This document shows, in pieces, positions 17,346 to 25,612 of a stretch of DNA of 32,000 nucleotides. The DNA is taken from contig NC_009776.1 in assembly GCF_000017945.1 (NCBI RefSeq), positions 1,260,001 to 1,292,000 on the forward strand, in the 5' to 3' direction. A program made the position numbers and the translations under genes. The notes under the pieces were generated by a model. That model was not told the origin of the DNA. It ran no database searches and was given only the letters and a program-made list of their open reading frames with translations. Position 1 is the stretch's first letter; the number at the start of each line of letters is the position of its first letter. The stretch is from Ignicoccus hospitalis KIN4/I (GTDB taxonomy: Archaea; Thermoproteota; Thermoprotei_A; Sulfolobales; Ignicoccaceae).

Positions 17346-18617
17346 ATGAAGATATACTACGAGACCTACGGCTGCGCAGTGATGCTCGGCGAAGCCGAGA
17401 GGGTGCTAGAGGAGCTGAAGAGCAAAGGATACGAAGTTGTAGGGAGGCCCGAGGAGGCGGACGCGTCCATAATATTTACTTGCACAGTGAGGTCAGAAAC
17501 CGAACAGAGGATGGCATGGCGCATAAAGGAGCTTTGCAAGGCTAGCAAGAAGTTGATCGTGACTGGCTGCCTCGCCAGCGCCCAACCGGGACTAGTGAAG
17601 ATGGTCTGTCCCAGGGCGTCCATCGTCTCTAACTCTTCGTTACACGAAATTGAGCTTGCCTTAAAGGGGGAGAAGAAGTACCTACTCAAGGGGCAGAGGC
17701 CCAGGGACTGGCTCAAGGGCGTAACGCCCGGCGGCTTTAGGGTAGTAATCCCCATCGCCGACGGCTGCTTGGGCAATTGTACTTTCTGTATAACCAAAGT
17801 GGCCAGGCCGCGGCTTGTAAGCCAAAGGCCAGACTCCATAATCGAATACGCGCTCAAGGGCGTCAAGAGGGGCGCCAAGGAGATCTGGTTGACGGCGCCG
17901 GACGTAGCGGCCTACGGCAAGGAGATCGGTTTAGAATTGCCAGATCTGTTAGAGAAATTGTTGAAAGTCTTGCCGGAAAATGTATACGTCAGGGTAGGCA
18001 TGATGAGTCCAGACACCTTTCGCGAGGTAATGGATAGAACTATAGACGTCATGAGGGATCCAAGAGTCTTCAAGTTCTTTCACTTACCGCTCCAGAGCGC
18101 CAGCGACAAGGTGTTGAGGTTAATGGGAAGGAGGTATACGTACTCGGAGTTTGTAGAGATAGTCAACAAGGTGAGAAAGGCCTTCAACGACCCCACTATA
18201 GCCACTGACGTCATGGTCGGCTTCCCCGGCGAGGAAGAGGACGATTTCGAGTTGACGCTTAAGGCGTTGAGGGAGTTGGCCTTCGAGAGGGTTCACCTAG
18301 CCGCCTATACTCCGAGGCCCCTAACCTTGGGGGCCCGGATGCCCCAAGTAAGGGAGGACGTTAAGTCCAGGCGCGTTAAGAGGGCCATGAACGTGATAGA
18401 GGCCGTAGGCGTTGAGGTTCACAAGAGGTACGTCGGCGGGAAGTTTAAGGCATTTGTGGACGAGTACGACCAGAAGCACGGGACCTTTGTGGCGAGGCTC
18501 TGGAACTACACGCCGGTGGTCCTAAGGGAGGAGAGCTCCTTAGGGGAAGAGATAGTAGTTAAAATTGAAGGCGCCACGTTCTACGACCTAAGGGGTACCG
18601 TTTGGTCAGTAAGCTAG
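17346..18617 (+). CDS. Radical-SAM methylthiotransferase, MiaB/MtaB (CDKAL1-like) family
   Basis: UPF0004 N-terminal domain (KIYYETYGCAVMLGEAE), radical-SAM cluster motif GCLGNCTFC, and a TRAM-like C-terminus (EEIVVKIEGATFYDLRG). Confidence 0.88.
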   Translation: MKIYYETYGCAVMLGEAERVLEELKSKGYEVVGRPEEADASIIFTCTVRSETEQRMAWRIKELCKASKKLIVTGCLASAQPGLVKMVCPRASIVSNSSLHEIELALKGEKKYLLKGQRPRDWLKGVTPGGFRVVIPIADGCLGNCTFCITKVARPRLVSQRPDSIIEYALKGVKRGAKEIWLTAPDVAAYGKEIGLELPDLLEKLLKVLPENVYVRVGMMSPDTFREVMDRTIDVMRDPRVFKFFHLPLQSASDKVLRLMGRRYTYSEFVEIVNKVRKAFNDPTIATDVMVGFPGEEEDDFELTLKALRELAFERVHLAAYTPRPLTLGARMPQVREDVKSRRVKRAMNVIEAVGVEVHKRYVGGKFKAFVDEYDQKHGTFVARLWNYTPVVLREESSLGEEIVVKIEGATFYDLRGTVWSVS

Positions 18618-19117
18618 CGGCTTGGGCGATAGCGCATTTCATAGTGGTAGCATTCATAATAGTTCACGTTACGTGTCGGACGAACGCGTACGTACTCAGA
18701 ACACACTTGTTAGAGTTAGCCCCGCTCGCGCTCCTATCTCTCCTCATTCCGAGACGATATAAGGACTACTATTTCGTATTCCTGCTCTACTACTTCTTAA
18801 CGACCTCATTAACATTCAATAATTGGATCGTCGCTCTGCCGAACTACATGGCGAGAGAAAACGTAGTGTGGGGCCTTACTGCGCTCGCGTTTGCGTTCAT
18901 ATCTCTCGTTTTCGGTAGGAGCTTAAGAAAGGCGCTTATGTTGGGCTCCTTCCTCTCGGGCGTAGCTTACTACTTTATCAAGGACGGTTTGTTATTAGTA
19001 TTACACTTATCGTTCGCGCTTTCTTTTATCATAGCGCTCTTTGCTGACCTCCACTTTATTGTCTGGTCGGTTAATTATATCACCTACGCGCTCAGACGCC
19101 TCCAGGGAACTGTATGA
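18602..19117 (+). CDS. Integral membrane protein, unknown function (about 5 TM helices)
   Basis: Hydrophobic 171-aa ORF with lower local GC. It overlaps the upstream gene by 16 nt and the downstream gene by ATGA. The start codon is uncertain. Confidence 0.5.
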   Translation: MVSKLAAWAIAHFIVVAFIIVHVTCRTNAYVLRTHLLELAPLALLSLLIPRRYKDYYFVFLLYYFLTTSLTFNNWIVALPNYMARENVVWGLTALAFAFISLVFGRSLRKALMLGSFLSGVAYYFIKDGLLLVLHLSFALSFIIALFADLHFIVWSVNYITYALRRLQGTV

Positions 19118-20163
19118 TAGAACTCCTCTTCGCGTTGGCGTGTAGCAACGTCAGCGTCGGCGCAAGTCTCCCTTCTCCCTTCGTACAAGCGGTTCTGAAG
19201 GACTACTCCAACTATACTTTAGTGATATACGGCATTGATGAAGGCATTCCTTGTATTAAGTTGAGGACGTTCCTCAGCGACCTCTCAGAGCTATACGGCT
19301 TCAAAGTTGTTTGGGTTTCCGTGAGCAAAGGAGTGCCGAAAAACGCGACGGCAGTAAGTGTAGCCGAGGACTTCGGCTTACCTTACGTCCCGATAACGGG
19401 GGTTTACTGCGGGAGAAAGTTGGTTGCGGTCGTAGTGGGGGACGTAGAGAACTCGACGTTCTGGTTGGAGGAGGTCATGAAGTGTACGAACGTGACTAGG
19501 GTTTACGAAGGTCAGAAGCTCTTGGGCACGTGGAGGCCCTCCGCCCGCGCGCTTAACGGCCCCGTCCTCATCTTGGCTTTGGTGGACTCCCTAAACCCCG
19601 TGGGACTCATGGTCTTCACGTTCTATATCCTGGCTTGCAAGAACGTGAAGAAGAGGTGTTCTTGGGACGCCTTGGCGTTCGTCGTTGCCTATACGTTTAC
19701 ACACGTCGCGCTCGGCGTCGCGCTCTCCCTCGTGCCGGCCTCGCCGTATTACCCCGTCATAGGGGCGATCGTGAGCTTAATGGTAATAGTATCTTCAATT
19801 AAACCGAACAAGAAGATAAGGTCGTTGACCGCTTGGGCGTCGTCAACGCTCAACTCTCTAGTCCTCAAGAGGGCTTCGCCGGCAGTCTTAGGCCTTCTGG
19901 CCGGGAGCGTGGGGACCTCGCCTTGCGTGCTGGGAGCCTTCTTGAGCGCGGCCTCTCTAATAGGCAACAACTTGATTATGTGGGGTGCATACGCGATGAT
20001 ATATGCCGCCGCGCCGACGGTGATATTCATCATAGTTAACCGGGGTAAAGTTGTAGATCCCAGGAAAGTGGTACTCCCGTTGGCCACAATATCGTTGCTA
20101 ATATCGGTCTACCTCGCAGCGGTCAACTTGGGTTTCGTTAGCTTTACCTTAACGCTACGCTAA
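19114..20163 (+). CDS. Membrane protein: sequon-rich extracytoplasmic N-domain (possibly thioredoxin-fold-like) plus a polytopic domain with a DsbD/CcdA-like SPC motif
   Basis: Signal-like start MIELLFALACSNVSVGA. Five N-x-S/T sequons fall in the first roughly 130 aa (NVS, NYT, NAT, NST, NVT). A beta-alpha-beta pattern with a single Cys (GIPCIK) and VPIT is present. The TM region has ALVDSLNP and GTSPCVLGAFL. The family assignment is tentative. Confidence 0.5.
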   Translation: MIELLFALACSNVSVGASLPSPFVQAVLKDYSNYTLVIYGIDEGIPCIKLRTFLSDLSELYGFKVVWVSVSKGVPKNATAVSVAEDFGLPYVPITGVYCGRKLVAVVVGDVENSTFWLEEVMKCTNVTRVYEGQKLLGTWRPSARALNGPVLILALVDSLNPVGLMVFTFYILACKNVKKRCSWDALAFVVAYTFTHVALGVALSLVPASPYYPVIGAIVSLMVIVSSIKPNKKIRSLTAWASSTLNSLVLKRASPAVLGLLAGSVGTSPCVLGAFLSAASLIGNNLIMWGAYAMIYAAAPTVIFIIVNRGKVVDPRKVVLPLATISLLISVYLAAVNLGFVSFTLTLR

Positions 20164-20961
20164 GACCTCGGGGACCTCTTCCTTTAGCAGCTCCTTCACC
20201 GCCCTAGCGACGCCCCTTATTTCCCACTGGGCCTTAGGGTGGTCCCTCAGCTCTATTATGTGGAGCCACTCCCTCAAGTTAGCGGTAACCAACATTGACG
20301 TCCTTATAGCTTGAGGGAGCAAGAAGCGACAGTCCTCCATGGGAGCGGAGGAGCGACACAAGGCGTAGGAGTAGAGGGAGTGCATCATTGAGAGTACGGC
20401 AGTCGCCCTCTCTACGCTCTCCGGTATAACGAACAGCTCTCCTACTATCTCCTCTAACTTTTTAGACAATTCTTTACAGCCTATACCTCTTTCTTCTAAA
20501 TCCTTTATAATTAACCTCTCTTCAAACTCACTTAAGTCTTGCGAACTCGCGTTTAATACCTTAATTATTTCGTCCCACCCCAACTCTTTTCCGAAAGCTT
20601 TTTTGAAGGCTTTCAATATCCTGACTTCCGAGTAGCGCTGGCTCTCTTGGGTCACGCTCAGCAGCCGGTGGCGCACTAGCTGGTGAGAGCAAACCCTGGA
20701 ACACCCCTCAATGAAAAACGTGAAGACCGAATGTTCCAACACGCTCGGGAAGGAGTCCTTCGCCTCCTTGAGCCAGTTGCTCCAACCCTCTTTCCACTCG
20801 CTCTTAAGGTAGTATTCAATACCCTTCTCTTGAGCCTTCCCCGTAGAGACCTTCACGGCCAACAGAGGTAGCCTCCTCGGATCGTCGAAGTTCTTAGCGA
20901 CCAAACACACAACAGTCCTCTCGTCTGAATGAGAGGCCTTACATCGGACGCGGTTTGCCAT
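20155..20961 (-). CDS. thyX: Flavin-dependent thymidylate synthase
   Basis: ThyX signature: LEHSVFTFFIEGCSRVCSHQLVRHRLLSVTQESQRYS (the RHR...S..QESQRY motif). Confidence 0.88.
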   Translation of the reverse strand: MANRVRCKASHSDERTVVCLVAKNFDDPRRLPLLAVKVSTGKAQEKGIEYYLKSEWKEGWSNWLKEAKDSFPSVLEHSVFTFFIEGCSRVCSHQLVRHRLLSVTQESQRYSEVRILKAFKKAFGKELGWDEIIKVLNASSQDLSEFEERLIIKDLEERGIGCKELSKKLEEIVGELFVIPESVERATAVLSMMHSLYSYALCRSSAPMEDCRFLLPQAIRTSMLVTANLREWLHIIELRDHPKAQWEIRGVARAVKELLKEEVPEVLA

Positions 20962-20985
20962 GGCTTCAGAACCCCATCCTAATTG

Positions 20986-20992
20986 TTATAAA
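20986..20992. promoter_or_regulatory. A/T box TTATAAA, candidate shared element for divergent thyX and the zinc-ribbon gene
   Basis: Lies 24 nt from the thyX ATG (20961), consistent with a leaderless mRNA, and 47 nt from the ATG at 21040. Confidence 0.4.
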
Positions 20993-21039
20993 GTCTTTTG
21001 AGGGTCACGGCGCCGGGGAGCACAGTGTCGTACGGCGGG

Positions 21040-21258
21040 ATGTACGGGGTCAACGCCCAAGGGCATAAGGGCTGGATTACTGTTAGGTGTGCTATACACG
21101 CCCGCTACGCCGACGTGAGCAAGGAGCCCGTGTACAAGTGTCCTAAGTGTACTCCGAAGTACAACGTTTACTTCTGTGCCGAAGAGTACAGGGAGCTGGG
21201 CGGAAGGTGTCCCTACTGCAGGACCAAGCTCGTTCCAGTAATTTCCCTCAATGAGTGA
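21040..21258 (+). CDS. Small zinc-ribbon protein, unknown function
   Basis: CPKCTPKYNVYFCAEEYRELGGRCPYCRTKL carries CxxC...CxxC. The ORF-track TTG start at 20998 lies only about 6 nt from the A/T box, so the ATG at 21040 (72 aa) is preferred. Confidence 0.5.
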   Translation: MYGVNAQGHKGWITVRCAIHARYADVSKEPVYKCPKCTPKYNVYFCAEEYRELGGRCPYCRTKLVPVISLNE

Positions 21259-21563
21259 GAGCATTGAAGAAGTTTTTATGTAACGACCACTGGAGGGTCC
21301 TCGTCCTAGAAGGGAACGACTGTAACTTAGTGGTAGTAGACGTCTATAAGAGGGGGGCGCGCGGTCAACCGATAATCCAAGGACCTCCGGACCTCCTCTC
21401 CGAAAGGCTCGAAGGCGCAGAGGTCCAAGCGATTATGGGAGAAGCCATCTTTGTTAAGTTCTGTGTCGAAAAAGTGGGGAGGCCGGAGGAGTATTTCTTG
21501 AAGGCCCGCGAGCTCCTAGGTCTTGAAGCCCCTCAGCCAGTATGCGTCGAGGAAGAGCCTTGA
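21255..21563 (+). CDS. Hypothetical protein, 102 aa
   Basis: The GTG start overlaps the previous stop (GTGA). Codon usage looks like its neighbours. I recognise no motif. Confidence 0.45.
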   Translation: MRALKKFLCNDHWRVLVLEGNDCNLVVVDVYKRGARGQPIIQGPPDLLSERLEGAEVQAIMGEAIFVKFCVEKVGRPEEYFLKARELLGLEAPQPVCVEEEP

Positions 21564-22015
21564 TTTGTGAGGTCTTAGCGGCCGCGGCACTGGTGACGGC
21601 GCTCGTAGCGCTCTACAAGGCTAACGACGTTGAGATAGAGGTAATAGAAAAGAAACTTGCCAAGAAGAGGGCCAAGAAGATAAGGAGGTACGTTTTAGTG
21701 CTCGTGTTATCCGAGAGACCTGAGGAGGTTGAGGAGGGCTGCGTGGAGGGCGCAGTGATAGAGTCGTTAAAGAGGGCCTATGGGACCATCGGCTTGGCTC
21801 TGACCGACCCCAAGTTGGCTTACTTCGACCCGGACCTCAAGGTGGCCATATTTAGGACGACTCTAGAAGGGGTCAAACTACTCTCCTCGTCCCTCTTGTA
21901 CGTGGAAGAGGCGTGTGGAACTAAAGTAAACTTGATCTCACTCAGAGCCTTCGGGACCCTCGCCAGCGCCCGGGAGAAACTCCCTAAACTTGGAAAGTAT
22001 GTCAAAAACCTCTAG
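21542..22015 (+). CDS. Pop5/Rpp14-like RNase P protein component 2, with an atypical hydrophobic N-terminal extension
   Basis: From residue about 45 the pattern is collinear with remembered archaeal Pop5 proteins: KKIRRYVLVLVLSE...LKRAYGTIGLA...LAYFDPDLKVAIFRT...VNLISLRAFGTLASAREKL (RRY-I/V, FG..G.A, GI-R, SGTI..). The first roughly 25 aa (ALICEVLAAAALVTALVALY) look like a TM helix. Confidence 0.55.
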   Translation: MRRGRALICEVLAAAALVTALVALYKANDVEIEVIEKKLAKKRAKKIRRYVLVLVLSERPEEVEEGCVEGAVIESLKRAYGTIGLALTDPKLAYFDPDLKVAIFRTTLEGVKLLSSSLLYVEEACGTKVNLISLRAFGTLASAREKLPKLGKYVKNL

Positions 22016-22291
22016 GAGGGACTCCACCTCATTCAAGCCCTTTTGCGTGAGCTCCACCACTACTCTGGGCCTCCCTTCCCCTAACTCCTTCTTTATATTG
22101 ACCAGCCCCTCCTTCCTCAGCTTCTCCAAGTGCGACCACGCGTTGCCCGGCGTGAGCCCCAAGTCCTCGTAAAGTTCCTTAAAGGTCACCGACCCCCTGC
22201 TGAGCAAGTATACCATTATAGCTATTTTCGTCAAGTTCAGCTTCTTATTTACTAATTCCCTTATTATGTCCATATCCTTTATTCTCGACAC
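21938..22291 (-). CDS. Winged-helix (ArsR/MarR-like) transcriptional regulator
   Basis: KIAIMVYLLSRGSVTFKELYEDLGLTPGNAWSHLEKLRKEGLVNIKKELGEGRPRVVVELTQKG is a typical HTH plus wing. Its 3' end overlaps the convergent Pop5-like gene by 78 nt. Confidence 0.75.
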   Translation of the reverse strand: MSRIKDMDIIRELVNKKLNLTKIAIMVYLLSRGSVTFKELYEDLGLTPGNAWSHLEKLRKEGLVNIKKELGEGRPRVVVELTQKGLNEVESLLEVFDILSKFREFLPGAGEGPEGSE

Positions 22292-22874
22292 ATTTTTCAG
22301 CCTCCTCTAAGTTTATCAACACTTCGAAGAGGGTACTCACGCTGTACGAGATAGAAAGAGTAACCGGAATTACAATGGGGTTGGTGGCTACGCTCAACAT
22401 GCTCAAGCTTGCCAAAACTACCCCGCTTACTGCCTTTTCCCGCCTCATCATAAGTATTTTGATGAGCGAGATCAAGAAGAAGGGGATCGCCATAGTGGCG
22501 TAGGGTAGGCCGGGCCAAACGGGCGCCGCCAGCGTAACCGCCGCCATCACGGGGAACAACAAGAAGTCCGGCGCCCGCGAGTCGCCCTCCCTGAGGCTAG
22601 CGATCTTAAATGTATACTTAAACGTCTTCTTAAACGTGTAAAACATAATTATGCTAAAGAATAACAACAACGTCATGAGTAATGCAGAGCCAACCTTGTA
22701 GTCCGAAACGAAAACGCTTGGGAAGAGCGCAGCGGTAAGGGCCGTCAGGGTTCCCCCTAAAGACAGCGTCAAGGAACTGAGGGCCTTAGCCAAGTAGGAG
22801 TTTCGACACGAGCTTATGTCTCTGAGTATCTCTGCGACCCTCTCTAGCGCCTTCAGCCCCTCGTCGTCACTCAA
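22245..22874 (-). CDS. Integral membrane protein, unknown function (cytoplasmic N-helix plus about 5 TM)
   Basis: 209-aa hydrophobic ORF with a 4-nt overlap onto the upstream membrane-protein gene. Confidence 0.55.
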   Translation of the reverse strand: MSDDEGLKALERVAEILRDISSCRNSYLAKALSSLTLSLGGTLTALTAALFPSVFVSDYKVGSALLMTLLLFFSIIMFYTFKKTFKYTFKIASLREGDSRAPDFLLFPVMAAVTLAAPVWPGLPYATMAIPFFLISLIKILMMRREKAVSGVVLASLSMLSVATNPIVIPVTLSISYSVSTLFEVLINLEEAEKCVENKGYGHNKGISK

Positions 22875-23872
22875 GCCAACAGCCTCCGTAGAGGCCCCAG
22901 CGGCGCCGAGTATTCAAGGATAGCCCTCCCGAGCTTGGCGAAGGCTGCCATAACCTTGTCGACGAGTGTGGCGGGCACATCTATGTTCCTAGACCTCATG
23001 AAGTAGGCAGAGGTGACCCCTGCCGCGTAAGCCACTGAAGTGAGCGGCTCCCCTAGCTTGTTCATTGAAACAGCGTAGGCCACGAAGGGGGAGATCGCCG
23101 CCATGATTTCCCTCCGGCGCCGGGGGTCTAAGGCCGTATGCACTCTGATCGCAGTATAAGCCGCGAGGATCACCAGCATGGTGACGTAAACGTAAGCCGC
23201 CTCCTTCCCGAGAACCTTTGCCAACAGTCGCGCCGTGAGGGGAAGCTTCGACACCTCCCCGCTGACCGCGTACTCTTGAAGAAGCAACCAGTGGGGTAAG
23301 ATCAAGTTTTTGAGTATGTTAATGAACGCGAAGGCCCAAGCGACAATTATGATGACTATTGATATTAGTTTATTTAGTACAGCGAGTTTGCCCTTTAGAG
23401 ACGGGGGTTTTGTCATTAAACCTATGATATACATAGTGAGGGGGCCCATTAAGGCCTCTGCCGTTGCCGCCAAGGCCGCCAAGGCGGGCCAGGCGAACAA
23501 GTACCTAACGAAGCAACCCCGCTCGCTCCCGCAACCCTCTACCAAGAGGGCGCGCGCCTTTGTTGGCGAAAGCACAACTAACAACGTCTTAATCCCTTCC
23601 TTAACGTTTTGGAAGAACGCCAACACTCCCAACGCCATTGAGACAACGAAGGCTCCCACGAAGGTAAGTGGGCCCGGCACGAATGCTATCCAGAACAGCG
23701 CCACCCCGCTTAGGACGGCAAGCCGCGCCCCCTTGCTGAGCCCCTCTAGCCACGCCCTAAGCCCGGCGAAGTACAAGTAGTCGAAGAAGAGAACTAGAGG
23801 TATAAACATAAGGAACGACGTTTCTATTATAATACCTGATACCAAGGCTTCCACGCTCAGCTGCGAGCACAA
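22871..23872 (-). CDS. Integral membrane protein, unknown function (about 7-8 TM)
   Basis: 333-aa hydrophobic ORF. The start is uncertain: TTG at 23872, with in-frame GTG, TTG and ATG alternatives just downstream. Confidence 0.55.
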   Translation of the reverse strand: MCSQLSVEALVSGIIIETSFLMFIPLVLFFDYLYFAGLRAWLEGLSKGARLAVLSGVALFWIAFVPGPLTFVGAFVVSMALGVLAFFQNVKEGIKTLLVVLSPTKARALLVEGCGSERGCFVRYLFAWPALAALAATAEALMGPLTMYIIGLMTKPPSLKGKLAVLNKLISIVIIIVAWAFAFINILKNLILPHWLLLQEYAVSGEVSKLPLTARLLAKVLGKEAAYVYVTMLVILAAYTAIRVHTALDPRRRREIMAAISPFVAYAVSMNKLGEPLTSVAYAAGVTSAYFMRSRNIDVPATLVDKVMAAFAKLGRAILEYSAPLGPLRRLLA

Positions 23873-23914
23873 ATCTTCACAGCGGCCGAAGCCGCTCGGC
23901 TCCCGGATTCCTCT

Positions 23915-24193
23915 TCATAGTCCCAAGCACTCTTTTGTCTCCTTTATTATTCTTTCCGCAAGCTCTTGGGTTACCAAGTCTTCGGGCGTAAGGTCGCCTC
24001 GTGGGAATATCAACTCGACGCACTCCTTGGGTGCCCTTTCAAAGGGAGCCTTTCCCCTCTTACATAAGTTCAAGGCGTGGCACGCCAACATGAACGCTTG
24101 CGCGTAGCGCCCCATAGTCATAAGTATTTCAGCAGTCCACAAGAAGTCTTCGGCTGCCTTGATCCAAGGGTCCACTCGCTCTAACACCTCCAT
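23915..24193 (-). CDS. Small all-helical protein, HEPN-like N-terminal helix pair (no R-x4-6-H motif seen)
   Basis: WIKAAEDFLWTAEILMTMGRYAQAFMLACHALNLCKRG resembles the first two HEPN helices. It is 92 aa with an ATG start. Confidence 0.4.
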   Translation of the reverse strand: MEVLERVDPWIKAAEDFLWTAEILMTMGRYAQAFMLACHALNLCKRGKAPFERAPKECVELIFPRGDLTPEDLVTQELAERIIKETKECLGL

Positions 24194-25603
24194 TTGGTTG
24201 CTAACATTAGGTACCCCAAAAACTCTGATCGGAGGAGTGAGGGGTTGGGGTACCGAGGCTACGCCTTGGGCTCACAGCCGCGCTGGCTCGCCGACTTCAT
24301 TAGCTCTCTCCACTTTGACAAAGATATCTGTCCCTACGTTATAGACGTGTTAATAGTGCACATCAACGAGTTGGAGAGGAAAGGTTACGTCTCATCCGAA
24401 GACGCAAAGACCTTAAAGGAGTTGCTGGAGCAGTTCGACTGTTCGGCCGACTTCGACGGCTACGAAGATATACACGAAGCCATAGAGTACTATTTAATTG
24501 AAAGGACCGGCGCCGCCAAGCAGATAAACCTCGGTAAGAGCCGAAACGACCAAGTTGCGACCGCCATAAGGTTAAGGGTCAGGGAGGAGCTTCTGGAGTC
24601 CGCGACCGCGCTGTACCACCTCTTAAAGGCTCTATACGCGAAGGCCAAACTCCACGAAGAAGTCTTCTTTCCGACGTTCACTCACCTACAGCCCGCCCAG
24701 CCGGCCAACTTCGGGCTCTTCTTAACCAACTTCGCTGAGGAAATAGTAGACAGTTTCGGACTATTGGAAGTCGCGTTAGAAATTACTGACAAGTGCCCCT
24801 TAGGGGCCGCGGCCGCCGCGGGAAGCACCGTAGACCTAGACCGCCGGAGGAGGTGTGAAGAGCTGTGTTTCAAAGACTTAGCATATAACACGCTTTACGC
24901 CACCACTTCGAGGGACTTCGCGCTAGTCTCTTTGGGAGCTCTAGCTAGCCTTTCGATACCCTTGCTCCGGTTCGTCGAAGACGTGTTCGTTTATGCCACC
25001 CCACCTTTCAGCTTGATAAGGGTTCCCTTGGACCACGCCGGAACCTCTTCGATAATGCCCCACAAGAAGAACCCGGCGACGCTGGAAGTGGTTAGGGCAG
25101 AGCTGTCAAAGCTCCTAGGCCATTACGTGTCCGCGTTCAGCATACTAAAGGGACTTACGTCCGGCTACAACCTAGACTTACAACAACTCACGCCGCTCTT
25201 GTGGCAAGCCTTCAAGACCTTTAGGAAATCAGTAATAGTGATAACAGACTTCTTGTGGAAGATGGAAGTCAACGAGGAAAGGGCGAAGGAATTCTTGAGG
25301 TACCCGCTGCTCGCGGCCGACCTCGCCGAGTACCTAGTCAAGAACAAAGGATTGACCTTCAGAGACGCTTACGCAACTGTTGCTAGGGCCTTGAAGGAGC
25401 ACAACGACGACCTAGCGAGGGCCGCGGAGGGGCTCGTGGGGGACGAGTGGAAGGTAGTTGAGAAGGGAGCTTTGACCTTTAGGAAGGCTCCCGGGGCGCC
25501 CGGCAACTTAGGTCCCGTGTTCGTCAAGATAGAACGTGCTATGTCGAGGATAGCGCGCCTCGTCGTGGTCAGAGAGGAGCTACGGCAGTGTCCTAACTCT
25601 TAA
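24194..25603 (+). CDS. argH: Argininosuccinate lyase
   Basis: Fumarate-lyase superfamily motifs GKSRNDQVATAIRL and GTSSIMPHKKNPATLE. A likelier start is the TTG at 24245 (MGYRGYALGSQPRWLADFISSLHFD, collinear with MALWGGRF...), preceded by GGAGGAGTGAGG. Confidence 0.88.
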   Translation: MVANIRYPKNSDRRSEGLGYRGYALGSQPRWLADFISSLHFDKDICPYVIDVLIVHINELERKGYVSSEDAKTLKELLEQFDCSADFDGYEDIHEAIEYYLIERTGAAKQINLGKSRNDQVATAIRLRVREELLESATALYHLLKALYAKAKLHEEVFFPTFTHLQPAQPANFGLFLTNFAEEIVDSFGLLEVALEITDKCPLGAAAAAGSTVDLDRRRRCEELCFKDLAYNTLYATTSRDFALVSLGALASLSIPLLRFVEDVFVYATPPFSLIRVPLDHAGTSSIMPHKKNPATLEVVRAELSKLLGHYVSAFSILKGLTSGYNLDLQQLTPLLWQAFKTFRKSVIVITDFLWKMEVNEERAKEFLRYPLLAADLAEYLVKNKGLTFRDAYATVARALKEHNDDLARAAEGLVGDEWKVVEKGALTFRKAPGAPGNLGPVFVKIERAMSRIARLVVVREELRQCPNS

Positions 25604-25612
25604 CTTCGCCTT

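Noticed and set aside
24191-24247. Back-to-back divergent start codons (ATG at 24193 on the minus strand, TTG at 24194 on the plus strand) with zero intergenic distance
   Set aside because: This is probably an ORF-extension artefact, not unusual biology. ArgH aligns to the canonical N-terminus from the TTG at 24245, which is preceded by GGAGGAGTGAGG. That leaves a normal spacer of about 50 nt.
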